The notes: generated by a model from the sequence alone, not told the origin. Counted from the first letter of the stretch, positions 13,501 to 26,125 are shown. The stretch: 64,000 nt of DNA from Eledone cirrhosa (GCA_964016885.1 OZ024761.1:15810001-15874000), one strand, 5' to 3'. Made by a program: numbers and translations.

Positions 13501-16500
13501 CCCAAAAAGATGATAGTCAAAGGTGAACATGGAGGGAGTTAAGACCCCAAAATGATGACAGGCAAAGGTGAACATGGAGAGAGTTAAGACCCCAAAAAGA
13601 TGATAGTCAAAGGTGAACATGGAGGGAGTTAAGACCCCAAAATGATGACAGGCAAAGGTGAACATGGAGAGAGTTAAGACCCCAAAAAGATGACAGGCAA
13701 AGGTGAACATGGAGAGAGTTAAGACCCCAAAAAGATGACAGGCAAAGGTGAACATGGAGGGAGTTAAGACCCCAAAATGATGACAGGCAAAGGTGAACAT
13801 GGAGAGAGTTAAGACCCCAAAAAGATGACAGGCAAAGGTGAACATGGAGAGAGTTAAGACCCCAAAATGATGACAGGCAAAGGTGAACATGGAGGGAGTT
13901 AAGACCCCAAAAAGATGACAGGCAAAGGTGAACATGGAGAGAGTTAAGACCCCAAAAAGATGACAGGCAAAGGTGAACATGGAGAGAGTTAAGACCCCAA
14001 AAAGATGACAGGCAAAGGTGAACATGGAGGGAGTTAAGACCCCAAAATGATGACAGGCAAAGGTGAACATGGAGGGAGTTAAGACCCCAAAAAGATGACA
14101 GTCAAAGGTGAACATGGAGAGAGTTAAGACCCCAAAAAGATGACAGGTAAAGGTGAACATGGAGAGAGTTAAGACCCCAAAATGATGACAGGCAAAGGTG
14201 AACATGGAGAGAGTTAAGACCCCAAAAAGATGACAGGCAAAGGTGAACATGGAGAGAGTTAAGACCCCAAAAAGATGACAGGCAAAGGTGAACATGGAGG
14301 GAGTTAAGACCCCAAAATGATGACAGGCAAAGGTGAACATGGAGGGAGTTAAGACCCCAAAAAGATGACAGTCAAAGGTGAACATGGAGAGAGTTAAGAC
14401 CCCAAAAAGATGACAGTCAAAGGTGAACATGGAGAGAGTTAAGACCCCAAAAAGATGACAGTCAAAGGTGAACATGGAGAGAGTTAAGACCCCAAAAAGA
14501 TGACAGTCAAAGGTGAACATGGAGGGAGTTAAGACCCCAAAATGATGACAGGCAAAGGTGAACATGGAGGGAGTTAAGACCCCAAAATGATGACAGGCAA
14601 AGGTGAACATGGAGGGAGTTAAGACCCCAAAAAGATGATAGTCAAAGGTGAACATGGAGAGAGTTAAGACCCCAAAATGATGACAGGCAAAGGTGAACAT
14701 GGAGGGAGTTAAGACCCCAAAATGATGACAGGCAAAGGTGAACATGGAGGGAGTTAAGACCCCAAAAAGATGACAGGCAAAGGTGAACATGGAGAGAGTT
14801 AAGACCCCAAAATGATGACAGGCAAAGGTGAACATGGAGGGAGTTAAGACCCCAAAATGATGACAGGCAAAGGTGAACATGGAGGGAGTTAAGACCCCAA
14901 AATGATGACAGTCAAAGGTGAACATGGAGGGAGTTAAGACCCCAAAAAGATGACAGTCAAAGGTGAACATGGAGAGAGTTAAGACCCCAAAATGATGACA
15001 GGCAAAGGTGAACATGGAGGGAGTTAAGACCCCAAAAAGATGATAGTCAAAGGTGAACATGGAGAGAGTTAAGACCCCAAAATGATGACAGGCAAAGGTG
15101 AACATGGAGGGAGTTAAGACCCCAAAATGATGACAGGCAAAGGTGAACATGGAGGGAGTTAAGACCCCAAAATGATGACAGGCAAAGGTGAACATGGAGG
15201 GAGTTAAGACCCCAAAAAGATGACAGGCAAAGGTGAACATGGAGAGAGTTAAGACCCCAAAATGATGACAGGCAAAGGTGAACATGGAGGGAGTTAAGAC
15301 CCCAAAATGATGACAGGCAAAGGTGAACATGGAGGGAGTTAAGACCCCAAAATGATGACAGGCAAAGGTGAACATGGAGGGAGTTAAGACCCCAAAATGA
15401 TGACAGGCAAAGGTGAACATGGAGGGAGTTAAGACCCCAAAAAGATGACAGGCAAAGGTGAACATGGAGAGAGTTAAGACCCCAAAATGATGACAGTCAA
15501 AGGTGAACATGGAGGGAGTTAAGACCCCAAAAAGATGATAGTCAAAGGTGAACATGGAGAGAGTTAAGACCCCAAAATGATGACAGGCAAAGGTGAACAT
15601 GGAGGGAGTTAAGACCCCAAAATGATGACAGGCAAAGGTGAACATGGAGGGAGTTAAGACCCCAAAAAGATGACAGGCAAAGGTGAACATGGAGGGAGTT
15701 AAGACCCCAAAATGATGACAGTCAAAGGTGAACATGGAGGGAGTTAAGACCCCAAAAAGATGATAGTCAAAGGTGAACATGGAGGGAGTTAAGACCCCAA
15801 AAAGATGATAGTCAAAGGTGAACATGGAGAGAGTTAAGACCCCAAAATGATGACAGGCAAAGGTGAACATGGAGGGAGTTAAGACCCCAAAATGATGACA
15901 GGCAAAGGTGAACATGGAGGGAGTTAAGACCCCAAAATGATGACAGTCAAAGGTGAACATGGAGGGAGTTAAGACCCCAAAAAGATGACAGGCAAAGGTG
16001 AACATGGAGAGAGTTAAGACCCCAAAATGATGACAGGCAAAGGTGAACATGGAGGGAGTTAAGACCCCAAAATGATGACAGGCAAAGGTGAACATGGAGG
16101 GAGTTAAGACCCCAAAAAGATGACAGGCAAAGGTGAACATGGAGAGAGTTAAGACCCCAAAATGATGACAGGCAAAGGTGAACATGGAGGGAGTTAAGAC
16201 CCCAAAATGATGACAGGCAAAGGTGAACATGGAGGGAGTTAAGACCCCAAAATGATGACAGGCAAAGGTGAACATGGAGGGAGTTAAGACCCCAAAATGA
16301 TGACAGGCAAAGGTGAACATGGAGGGAGTTAAGACCCCAAAAAGATGACAGGCAAAGGTGAACATGGAGAGAGTTAAGACCCCAAAATGATGACAGGCAA
16401 AGGTGAACATGGAGGGAGTTAAGACCCCAAAATGATGACAGGCAAAGGTGAACATGGAGAGAGTTAAGACCCCAAAATGATGACAGGCAAAGGTGAACAT

Positions 16501-16771
16501 GGAGGGAGTTAAGACCCCAAAAAAATGACAGGCAAAGGTGAACATGGAGGGAGTTAAGACCCCAAAATGATGACAGGCAAAGGTGAACATGGAGGGAGTT
16601 AAGACCCCAAAATGATGACAGGCAAAGGTGAACATGGAGGGAGTTAAGACCCCAAAAAGATGACAGGCAAAGGTGAACATGGAGGGAGTTAAGACCCCAA
16701 AATGATGACAGGCAAAGGTGAACATGGAGGGAGTTAAGACCCCAAAAAGATGACAGGCAAAGGTGAACATG
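4588..16771. repeat. 45-bp minisatellite array, 270 full units plus 34 nt, derived from SINE family A core
   Basis: Unit GACCCCAAAA[A/T]GATGA[CAGG/TAGT/CAGT]CAAAGGTGAACATGGAG[A/G]GAGTTAA. Phase is constant from 4588 to 16738 (12150 = 270 x 45). Confidence 0.98.
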
Positions 16772-17164
16772 AGGCAGGATTGCAATGAGTGGAGGTAGGT
16801 TGTGTTGGAAAAGACCCACCCAACCCAAGCATGAGGCAGGATTGCAATGAGTGGAGGTAGGTTGTGTTGGAAAAGACCCATCCAACCCAAGCATGAGGCA
16901 GGATTGCAATGAGTGGAGGTAGGTTGTGTTGGAAAAGACCCATCCAACCCAAGCATGAGGCAGGATTGCAATGAGTGGAGGTAGGTTGTGTTGGAAAAGA
17001 CCCATCCAACCCAAGCATGAGGCAGGATTGCAATGAGTGGAGGTAGGTTGTGTTGGAAAAGACCCATCCAACCCAAGCATGAGGCAGGATTGCAATGAGT
17101 GGAGGTAGGTTGTGTTGGAAAAGACCCATCCAACCCAATGCAAGCATTGTAAATGGACGTAATA
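16768..17164 (+). repeat. 6 x 62-bp tandem repeat plus terminal segment, derived from an RTE LINE 3' end
   Basis: Units start at 16768, 16830, 16892, 16954, 17016 and 17078. The unit reads MRQDCNEWR*VVLEKTHPTQ versus [23 protein letters not shown], and the last unit runs on into tgcaagca...ggacgtaa. Confidence 0.9.
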
Positions 17165-17222
17165 CAGGTGAAATTCCATTATCACAAATAAATACCATAA
17201 CAAATTTTTCAGTATCCCCGAG

Positions 17223-17440
17223 GTGCAGAAAGAAAAAAAAGATTAGAAACATGGATGTTTGGTTTGATAAGGTGTCAGGGCTTTAGGTAAACTAGCTTGC
17301 TATATTTATTCCAGCTCCTTGCATCCTGAGTTGATAATCCTCCCAAGGACAAACTTTGTATTTTGCCCTTCTTGGGGTAGATTTATTAGAAACAGTTACC
17401 CAGCCATAATAAGAAATTGACAGAAATATTAGGGCAGAAA
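17223..17440. repeat. Right arm of long-range inverted duplication (partner 2612-2842)
   Basis: See left arm; contains an old degenerate SINE-like core. Confidence 0.9.
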
Positions 17441-17600
17441 TCCCTGAGGTAATAACAAATAGGCACTCGATTTGTTTCAGTCAATCTCGTTATAAAGAAT
17501 TTTTCATAACTTATTTTTTTTTTATACCCTGTGAATTTCATTCTAACAGAATTTCACTGTATGACAATGAGACAAGACAAACATCAAGATATATACTCAC

Positions 17601-18368
17601 CAAATATGGAATGTGGTTAATCAAAGTGCACAGAAGAAACTGAAGTAGTACAACCCTCCATAGATCGAAAGTATTGTTGATCTCCGAATATGTGTCACTG
17701 ACAATGCCAGTTCGACTCCACATGGCCCGAGCTCGTTCAGTGTCATAGAAGCCACCAGATTTATATTTGAGCAGAAACATGGACTTGTAACTGTGTAGGA
17801 GAAGACCGGAGTCTATCAGGCAGATTATGATTGCAAAGAAAACAACCAGAGTGAAGATGATGATAAGAATAGCCAGAGTTGGGTCGGCATCGTATGTGAG
17901 GAACATACAGGGAAGGTTTATGTCCATGGGGTTGGGCCACATTAATATGCGAACAAGGGGCAAGATACCCACTATCACAGAAATGATCACGGTAACCAGA
18001 ATGGAGCTTTTCACAGGGAAACTGGGTGTCTGAAGGCGATTCAAGGGTGTCAGTTTTGAAACATGTGACCAATGGAAGCTGAGCACAAACAGCCCGATTA
18101 GACCCACTGCACGAAGAAAGCTGAAAATCCAAATGTAGAAGAAGCAGAATTTGGTACTCCAGACCATGTTTAGCATGACGTAAACAGCTGGCACCAATAA
18201 CAAAACGCCAGCATTGGCTGCCATTGCCAACAGGAGCATAATTAGAACCATATCTGTGCCTATGTAGGAGCTTCTGTAATGGGAAATGATGATGGCACCG
18301 AAGCAATTCGTCACAATGGCTATGGGACAGAGTACGACCCATGACAAGGCTTGGTAGTCGGGCAACAT
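17601..18368 (-). CDS. Class A GPCR, GPR153/GPR162-like; first coding exon (TM1-TM6), 256 codons
   Basis: Six hydrophobic segments. TM1 QALSWVVLCPIAIVTN resembles GPR162 NALSWLAC...LAN. It also has ECL1 W...C, TM3 end LSFHW (LSYHR in GPR153/162), TM4 ILP and ECL2 Cys PCMF. There is an in-frame upstream TAA and a phase-0 donor TTG|GTGAGT at 17600. The family call is from remembered motifs, not a search. Confidence 0.75.
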
Positions 18369-19499
18369 TTTGGAAGGAGGTGCTTCTGTCTGTTTGTCAC
18401 TGATTATATATAGTTATTTATATATTTCAAAATTTTACTTATATATTTATTTTCAAAATGTTTTCTTCCTTTTTTTTTTCTTTTCTTTTCAAGACATTCT
18501 ATGATGTAGTGGTTCGAAATGGTGTAGAAAATAGTAGAAAATATCTTTTTTCAAGAAGGAAAAAGAATTCTTTAAATAATCCTTCTGAAACGATCTTTGG
18601 TTTCTTGGATTTGATGTCCATTAACTTGGGCTGTAATAAGAATAAGAAGAATAAGAATAAGAATAAAGTGAGTGATGGAAGGCAAGAATTGCAGGAGCTG
18701 GTGCAGTAATGTGCCAGCTTCACCATTCAATAATTAGAAGAAGGGGGGCAAAGTGAAATTAGTGTTGTTATGAAAGATGATGATAAACATAACAAATACA
18801 ATAATTTGGGTTAGATATATAATTTTACTTAACTTCAGTTAAAAAGGAAAAAGAATATGATTACTCCAAATCATAAAAATATAAAGTTATATGGCATCTA
18901 GTCGTAGAAAACCTGCCAGAAATAGTTCTCTACAAACAAGATACGGTCACCTGACCAATCTTGTCTCAAGTGGGACATGCCCATCTAATCCATGCTAGTG
19001 TGGAAGATGGACGTAAAACGATGATGATGATGATGATGATGATGTTGATGATATGGAAGCACTCAGAAATTAATACAGTGTTCGAAAAGTCCTTTTTGTT
19101 TTGTTGGAGAAGCTTTGTTTTATATACTATCCTAGAGTAGAAGGTGCCAAATTATAGTCAGTCTGTATTATCAGCATAGGTAGTAGAAAATGCGCAGTGC
19201 AAAGGAGCTGTGTTCTCTACATCAATAGCAGATGATTCTCTACGCATAGTTGAAGTGCCGATAGAAGAATTGCTGCCGGGCGCTTGTCAAAAGGACCAAA
19301 AAACGTTTTAGTAAGTGCTACAACTTACTAAAGGTGCTTCTCTTTCAAGATACTAGAGTCGACTAAGTGAAAGAAGAACTTATCTCACTTTCACCTCAAG
19401 CTGACCAGCCACTCCAGACCACTGACGCCAACTCAGATAAGAGAGAAACACCAGCAACATGTCATTCGGGGGTCAGTGTGTACAAATAGATTTCGCTAC

Positions 19500-19587
19500 A
19501 TAGGTAAAAGCCAAACTCACTATCTTCAATTTGGTATTCATGCTAACCCTTACCTATGGTCATGAATCTTGGGTAATGACTGAAAGA
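19500..19587 (+). mobile_element. Small RTE-clade ORF fragment
   Basis: Reads TIFNLVFMLTLTYGHESWVMTER, the post-RT 'LTYG.E.W' motif. Confidence 0.55.
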
Positions 19588-21350
19588 ATCATCATCACCG
19601 TTTTACGTCCGTTCTTCCATGTTAGCATGGGTTAGACGGGTTGTCCTGTTGTGGGCAGTGTCTGGTCGGCTGACCATGCCTTGCTCATACAGGAACTGAT
19701 TTTGGCTTGATTTCTACAGCTGGATGCCCTTCCTAGCACCAACCTCATTTACAGTGAGTGCTGGGTGCTTTTTTCTGTGGCGCCTACACGTCCACGACCA
19801 CCTTGCAGTGGGGGGTGTGGGGGCATATTGTCTATATGCTTCAGCTTGTACCCATGGGAGGTCGGGTACTCTGTATTACTGCGTGACGCCAGAGGTCACG
19901 GTCGTGTGTCATCGCCTTTGAGAGGTGTAATTGGGTAAGGTCGGCTTTTATCACCTCATCCCAGGTCTTCTTGGGTCTCCCCACTCCGCGGTTTCCATTG
20001 ACTTCTAGTGCTCTGCACCTTTTTATGCAGCTGTCATCCTCCATACGCATCACATGTCCATACCAACGCAACCGCCTCCCCTGCACACAGCATTTGATTC
20101 CTCTTATGCTCAGTCTCTCTCTCAATTCCTTTATGCTTTGCCATTCGCATATATTACTATTACACATCCATCGGAGCATGCAGGCTTCGTTTCTTTCTAA
20201 TCTACGTAAGTCTTCTACCTTCAGCGCCCAGGTCTCACTACCATGTAACATTGCTGTTCGGATACACGGCATCATACAGTCTGCCTTTCATTTTGAGGGA
20301 GAAGCCTTTTGCAGCTAGCAGTGGCAGTAGTTCCCTGAACTTCTTCCATCCCGTTCTTACCCTAGTTACTGTACTTTCTGAACACCCACCTCCGCTGCTA
20401 ATTCGGTCACCTAGGTAGCAGAAGCTGTCTACTGTTTCTACAGAGCCCTCCCAGAGATTGGTGGTACTTGTTTCCTGTGGCTGTTTGCTGCTTGCTGTCT
20501 AAGCACAGCTGCTGCATGTGAAGCCTACATTCTTAATTAAGCTTCCTGAGATCCTGCTACATCTCTTGTGTACCCATTGTTTGCATTTGGGGCAGAGAAT
20601 GGAGTTCCTACCTACACCTTTCCTACATACTGAGCAAGACCATTTCCCTGAGGGGATCTGGGTTCTGTTTTCTCGTCTACTTACAAGGACCTTAGTCTTT
20701 GTCATGTTGACTTTGAAACCCTTTCTTTCTAGTCCCTGCTTCCAAGTTTGGAATTTCTTCTCTAGTTCTACCATAGATTCAGCTATAAGTGCGAGGTCAT
20801 CAGCATACAGGAGTTCCCATGGGCATCCGGTCTTAAACTCCTCCGTTATTGCCTGCAGGACTATGATGAACAGGAGAGGGCTAAGAACAGAGCCCTGGTG
20901 GACACTAACCTGTACGCTAAATTCCTCGCTATAGTCATTGCTAATCCTAACTTTGCTGACTGCTCCCCTATACATGGCTTGTACAGCTTTCACAAGCCAT
21001 TCATCTACTCCTAGTTTTCTAAGAGCCCACCAGATTATAGCATTATAGCACGTGGAACTCTGTCAAAGGCTTTCTCGAGATCGACGAATGCCAGGTAGAG
21101 TGGCTTACTTTTAGCTAGGTACTTTTCCTGTAACTGCCTCACAAGGCATCAGTGGTGCCTCTTCCTGGTACAAACCCAAATTGCATCTCATCTAGTTTCA
21201 CCCGGTCCTTAATCAACTGTGCTATTACTTTCATGACCTGGTCCATCAGCTTTATACCTCTATAGTTTCCTCTATCTAGTGCATCACCTTTACCTTTGTA
21301 GCAGTTGACAATGATGCTACTGCACCAATCTTTTGGTATGACACCTAGTG
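19588..21350 (-). mobile_element. 5'-truncated, frameshifted RTE LINE (subfamily with ~250-nt 3' UTR)
   Basis: ORF pieces with QGSVLSPLLF, YADD, a Cys/His finger, MLHGSETW and [10 protein letters not shown]. The stop at 19841 is followed by a UTR ending ggacgtaaaacgg(tga)n. Confidence 0.92.
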
Positions 21351-22082
21351 TTACCTGGTTATATAATCACGAATACAAGCAGCTGAAATGGGGTTACCCC
21401 AAAGGGTCTTTGGAGTAATGTTACTCGATAGAGTGTGTAGCTAGGAGATCAGAGTTGCTCCATTTCCACACTGTAACAGTTCCACACTGTAAATGTGGTT
21501 GGTGTTAGGAAGGGCATCCAGCCGTAAAAAACCCGCCAGACAGTCCTATATGAGCGAGACACGGTCACCCGACCAGCCTTGCCTCAAGTGGGACAACTCC
21601 AGTCTAACCCATGCTAGCGTGGAAAATGGACGTTAAACGAAGAAGATGATGATGATGAGAGCTGCTACTTTTCCGAATTGGGGCTCGGTGAGAAATATTT
21701 TTCAAATTTCAATGTGGGACAAAACTGATTTTAAGGAGAGGGGTGCTTTGGAAGAGGTAGGGGATGAAGAGGAGATCCCACCAAAATTGAAGGGAGCTGT
21801 GATTTTTTTTTGCGGGGGTCCAGCAACTATTTTCTGTGCACAATCCCGTTCCCATGCTCCTACTTGACTCTACACCCACACTCCGGCAGCGCCATTTTAA
21901 GGCATCAGTATACTGACCAGTTACCCCAGATTGGGTCAGTACTTACCTATGTATCTCGTGGTCATGTATGTAGGGGTCCCAGTGTATTGCTTTGACAGGG
22001 GGTGACTGAGGGTAGTCTATTATACCGTTGAAACGGCCCCTATATACCGGCTAACTCCTCCCTCCTAAAGGCATGTTATATA

Positions 22083-22407
22083 GGATCACGTTATGTAATG
22101 GGTCATTACCCTTTTTACTTTAAAGAAGGTAGTGTATTGTTTGAGGGAGATTTGGCTGCTATTTCTAGCAGAGGCGCCTCACCTTCTCATATAGGCACTC
22201 TCTATCGGGTCACATTACGTAATAAGTCATTACGTCTTTTATTTTAAAGACGGTAGTGTGTTATTTGGCTGCTATTTCTAGCAGAGGCCCCTCACCTTCT
22301 CATATAGGCACTCTCTATCGGGTCACATTACGTAGTAGGTCATTACCCCTTTTATTTTAAAGACAGTAGTGTGTTATTTGAGGAATATTTGGCTGCTGTT
22401 TCTAGCT
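22083..22407. repeat. About 3 degenerate tandem copies of a ~115-125 bp unit
   Basis: Recurring gtcattac...tttaaaga.ggtagtgt...atttggctgctatttctagc. Confidence 0.75.
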
Positions 22408-23011
22408 GATGTGGAGCGACCACAATAGGTATACCAAGTAAACTAATTCTTTTGTTTAATCAGAAAAGCACGTGTTTGTGGAAGAAACTGGTGACAAACA
22501 CTGTCAATGTGAAGGCTGTTTATAAACCTGACACGTAGATATAAATATATTTAGTTTTATTTAATTAAAACTACATTTCTAAATAATACATCTAACATAA
22601 GATATTGATAATAATCTAAATATTATTATTATGTAGACATATTTTTAATTTATTAATTAACTAATTAAATATATATAATAATGTATTTATCATAACCAGT
22701 GGTTGTATATTTACATATTCTATATAAATAAATACCTAAGCCATTATTAGTCACTCTGGTTTCTCCTCACCCCGAGCGGATAAATCTTTCGCCTTTTACT
22801 AAAGATTTCCGTGGGGAGGAACAATTTAATGAGTCTATAGACTTATTTTTGAAGCCTCATCTTCCGATGAGGTTATAATAAACTAAAATCAGATCAATTA
22901 AATTTTAACCTCGTGATATGCTAATCCATATTTATGGGGTTTACTGTCTCTTTATGCTATAAACTGATATCATGAGGCTCCTGGGGTTGGTTGCCTTTGC
23001 ATTAATTTATC

Positions 23012-23255
23012 GAGGCTATGTAGCCGGTAAACCCTAAAGGGACGCAACGCACATCACTATAGCGTTTCACCAGCCTCTTTCTTCTGTATCTGTTTATGTA
23101 TTTACGAGTACATGTGTGTGTATGTAAGTAACATAAGTTACGAACAGATAACTAAATGATTTTAACTTGTTTTTTTTTAACAATTGATGGTGGAAAAGAT
23201 CTTAACATGCGCCGCAACTTATGGTGTCTAACACTCTTACCGGCTACATAGCCTC
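23012..23255. mobile_element. Possible MITE with 19-bp perfect inverted ends
   Basis: gaggctatgtagccggtaa (23012-23030) and ttaccggctacatagcctc (23237-23255); no clear TSD. Confidence 0.45.
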
Positions 23256-23573
23256 TTCCTTTATTTATATAACTACACTCACAGCTGGGGTTCTGCACAA
23301 CGGAGACCCTTCTCTAACAATATCTAGTCGTATATTATTGTAGTTGTCTCCTTATTTATGTACACACATGCTGTTCTACACGTCACAGGCCATTTTCTCA
23401 CATTCTCCAGGTATATACTATTGTGATGGTGGTAGTGGTCTGAATATTTATTTATATATGTACACACACACCTGGTGTTCAACACGCCAGAATCGATCTC
23501 ACACATTGTCCAGGTATATATTTCTTGTGTGCTGATGGTGATAGTCTTTATTAATTTATATATGTACACATAT

Positions 23574-23692
23574 GCATAGCGAAGGTGCGTGGCTGAGTGG
23601 TTAGAGAATTGGATCGCAATCTTTAGGTTGTGATTTCGATTCCCAGCCTGGGCAATGTGTTGTGTCCTTGACTAAGACACTTTATTTTACAT
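23574..23692 (+). mobile_element. Head of a tRNA-derived CORE-type SINE
   Basis: gtggctgagtggttagag (A box), gatttcgattcc (B-box-like), then ccttgactaagacactttattt. Confidence 0.75.
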
Positions 23693-24409
23693 TTTGCGAC
23701 CGACACATAGTTTAGTCGGTTCTATTTGACGAGTTCCACGCCATTCGTTAAGCGAATAAGGTCTTGTCGATATGTACACATATTCATTACTATTTTAATG
23801 GACTTATTGTCAGTTTTGGATCCCTTCAAGTATCCAATAAATTTTATTCAACAATCTTTAATTAAATTATATATAAGGGAGAGAGCAGCGCACTACACCC
23901 CTGTCTAGGCGGTATATCTTACCTGCGGACAAAGTAACGAAGGTATATATATTCTGTAAACATTTAATCCTCTAATGATAACAGCGCTGGCGGTCGGGAA
24001 GAATGTTCTCCGACACAAGCACCCCGTTGTCGCAGAGAACAGAATAGAACAAGTGTATCATCTCCCTTATACCCCAGGAGAATAGAGTGTTGAGTTGATA
24101 TATAGCCATTCCAAGTGGCGGGGGCTTCTCACTCAGCGAAAATATACCGACAAACCGGTGTTTCGAACAGAAATACAACTAATGGCATTTGTTCCGTTCG
24201 TGTTTCAGTCCCGCTATCGTTGTTCCTCTTGTAAATGTGAAACTAAAGACGCTTATTGTTTGTTTACTAAATAAATACTCTCGGGTCTCGAATAATCGTC
24301 CCCCTACCCAACGGGCTTATTATTTTTTCAGATTTTTTACAGCCTCCTACCGCTCTTATTCCAACCCTACACCCGCTTGTTCCATGATATTCGATGTGTT
24401 TTGAACAAA

Positions 24410-25225
24410 TGGTGATGGTGGTCGTAATAGTTGTAGATAGAAATGGTGGTGGTGATGGTGGTCATAATAGTTGTCGAGAAGGTGGGGGTGATGGTCATGA
24501 TGGTGATGATGACCATGATAGTGGTGGTATGATAATAATGGTAGTGATAGTCATAATAGTGATGATGGTGATGATGATGGTGGCGGTGGCGGTTTTTGTG
24601 ATGATGGTGATGGTGGTGGTGGCGGTTTTTGTGATGATGGTGATAGTGGTGGTGTGATAATGATGATGATGATGATAGTGGTAATGGTAGTGATAGTCAT
24701 AGTGGTTGTGTGATGGTTATAATGAAGATTGCAATTGGTGATAGTGGCCATGGTTAATGGTGATGAGGGTAACGATAGCTCTGGTTATATTGATGGCGGT
24801 GGTAGAGATGGTGATGGTGATAGTGGTGTTGGTGGTGGTTGTTGTTGTTGTGATGATGGTGGTAGAGGTGGTTTTAACGGTGCTGGTGATGGTGTTGATT
24901 GTGGTGATAGTGTTGGTGGTGGTTGTGTTGTTGTAGGTGGTTATGATGTTAATGTTGATTGTGATGATGATGGTGGTGGTTGTGATAGTGTTTGTGGTGA
25001 TCTTGATTGAGATGATGGCTGTGGTGATGGTGATAGAGGTAATGGTGCTGGTAGTGTTGATTGTAGTCTTGTTGGTGATGGTTGTGTTGTTGTTGGTGAT
25101 GGTTGGCAGTGTTTGTCGTGGTGGTGATGTTGGCGGTGGTAGTGATGAAGATGGTGATGGTGGTAATGATGGTGATAGTGTTGGTAGTGATAGTGATAGA
25201 GGTGATGGTGATGGAGGTGGTAGTG
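24410..25225. repeat. (GAT/GGT)n low-complexity tract
   Basis: Directly visible. Confidence 0.9.
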
Positions 25226-25425
25226 CTATTGACTTAAAGTAACATCTGTCAGGAAGAGAAACTGTGGACTGGTCCGATGTTGTCAAGTTAAAATAACAAT
25301 GAAAAAAAAAACGAACAAAACAAAACAAGGAAAACAAATAAAACAAATAAAACGAAACAAAACAATGAAACTCAATCAACTTGATTGTTTAATGAACGTC
25401 AGAATGAAACAGAAACTGAGCTTCG

Positions 25426-25490
<65 letters not shown>

Positions 25491-25491
<1 letters not shown>

Positions 25492-25888
25492 TATTGTTAT
25501 ACTTTGGGAGGGTCATGTTGCCAAAAATAGTTTTTAACGATGAATTTTTCAAATGTTAGGGGCCTCATAACTTAACTATCACAGGGCCTCATTTGTCCTA
25601 AATCTGGCATTGCACATCGTATATCGCGACGAGGACCTCAACGACGACAGGGACACGATTCCCTTTATGATGACCCCCACAACAGGATTTGAGGGCTCAA
25701 ACAGGGAGCAAGATATGATCACAGGGGTGGGAGCGAAGAGGGCTAAAAAACAAAAACAACAACACTATAGCAAACGTTATAATAATTGTTTCTACTTTTG
25801 GCACAAGGCCAGCAATAACCTAGTACATTACTGGTACTTTATTTTATCGACCCTGTAAGGATGAAAGGCAAAGTTAACTTTGGCGGGA
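25491..25888 (+). repeat. Local direct duplication of 27496-28684 with an internal deletion
   Basis: 25491-25524 matches 27496-27529, and 25519-25888 matches 28314-28684; the two parts join at TGCCAA. Confidence 0.85.
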
Positions 25889-25958
25889 TATATATATATA
25901 TATATATATAGAAATGAAAAGTATAGAAATTGTTGTCGCGAGAAGCTAACAGTATTCC

Positions 25959-26058
<100 letters not shown>

Positions 26059-26125
26059 CGTGCGTTTTTTCTATGATATAACACACACACACATACACAC
26101 ATACATACATACATACATACATACA

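Noticed and set aside
4489-17133. 4214-aa ORF as a giant repetitive His/Cys protein
   Set aside because: It follows from a 45-bp (15-codon) indel-free unit lacking a stop in one of six frames. The unit is SINE-derived and the N-terminal part is an antisense LINE tail; there is no coding evidence.
4588-17139. CRISPR-like array
   Set aside because: The units are head-to-tail with no unique spacers, there are no cas genes, and the context is eukaryotic.
17075-17250. MLALGWMGLFQHNLPPLI resembling GPR153/162 TM7, as a candidate GPCR exon 2
   Set aside because: The DNA aligns to the RTE 3' end on the opposite strand, and no AG follows the upstream pyrimidine tract. It is treated as coincidence; RNA-seq would settle it.
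2612-17440. Autonomous DNA transposon with long TIRs
   Set aside because: There is no transposase and no convincing TSD, and the arms contain a decayed SINE. Kept only as an inverted duplication.
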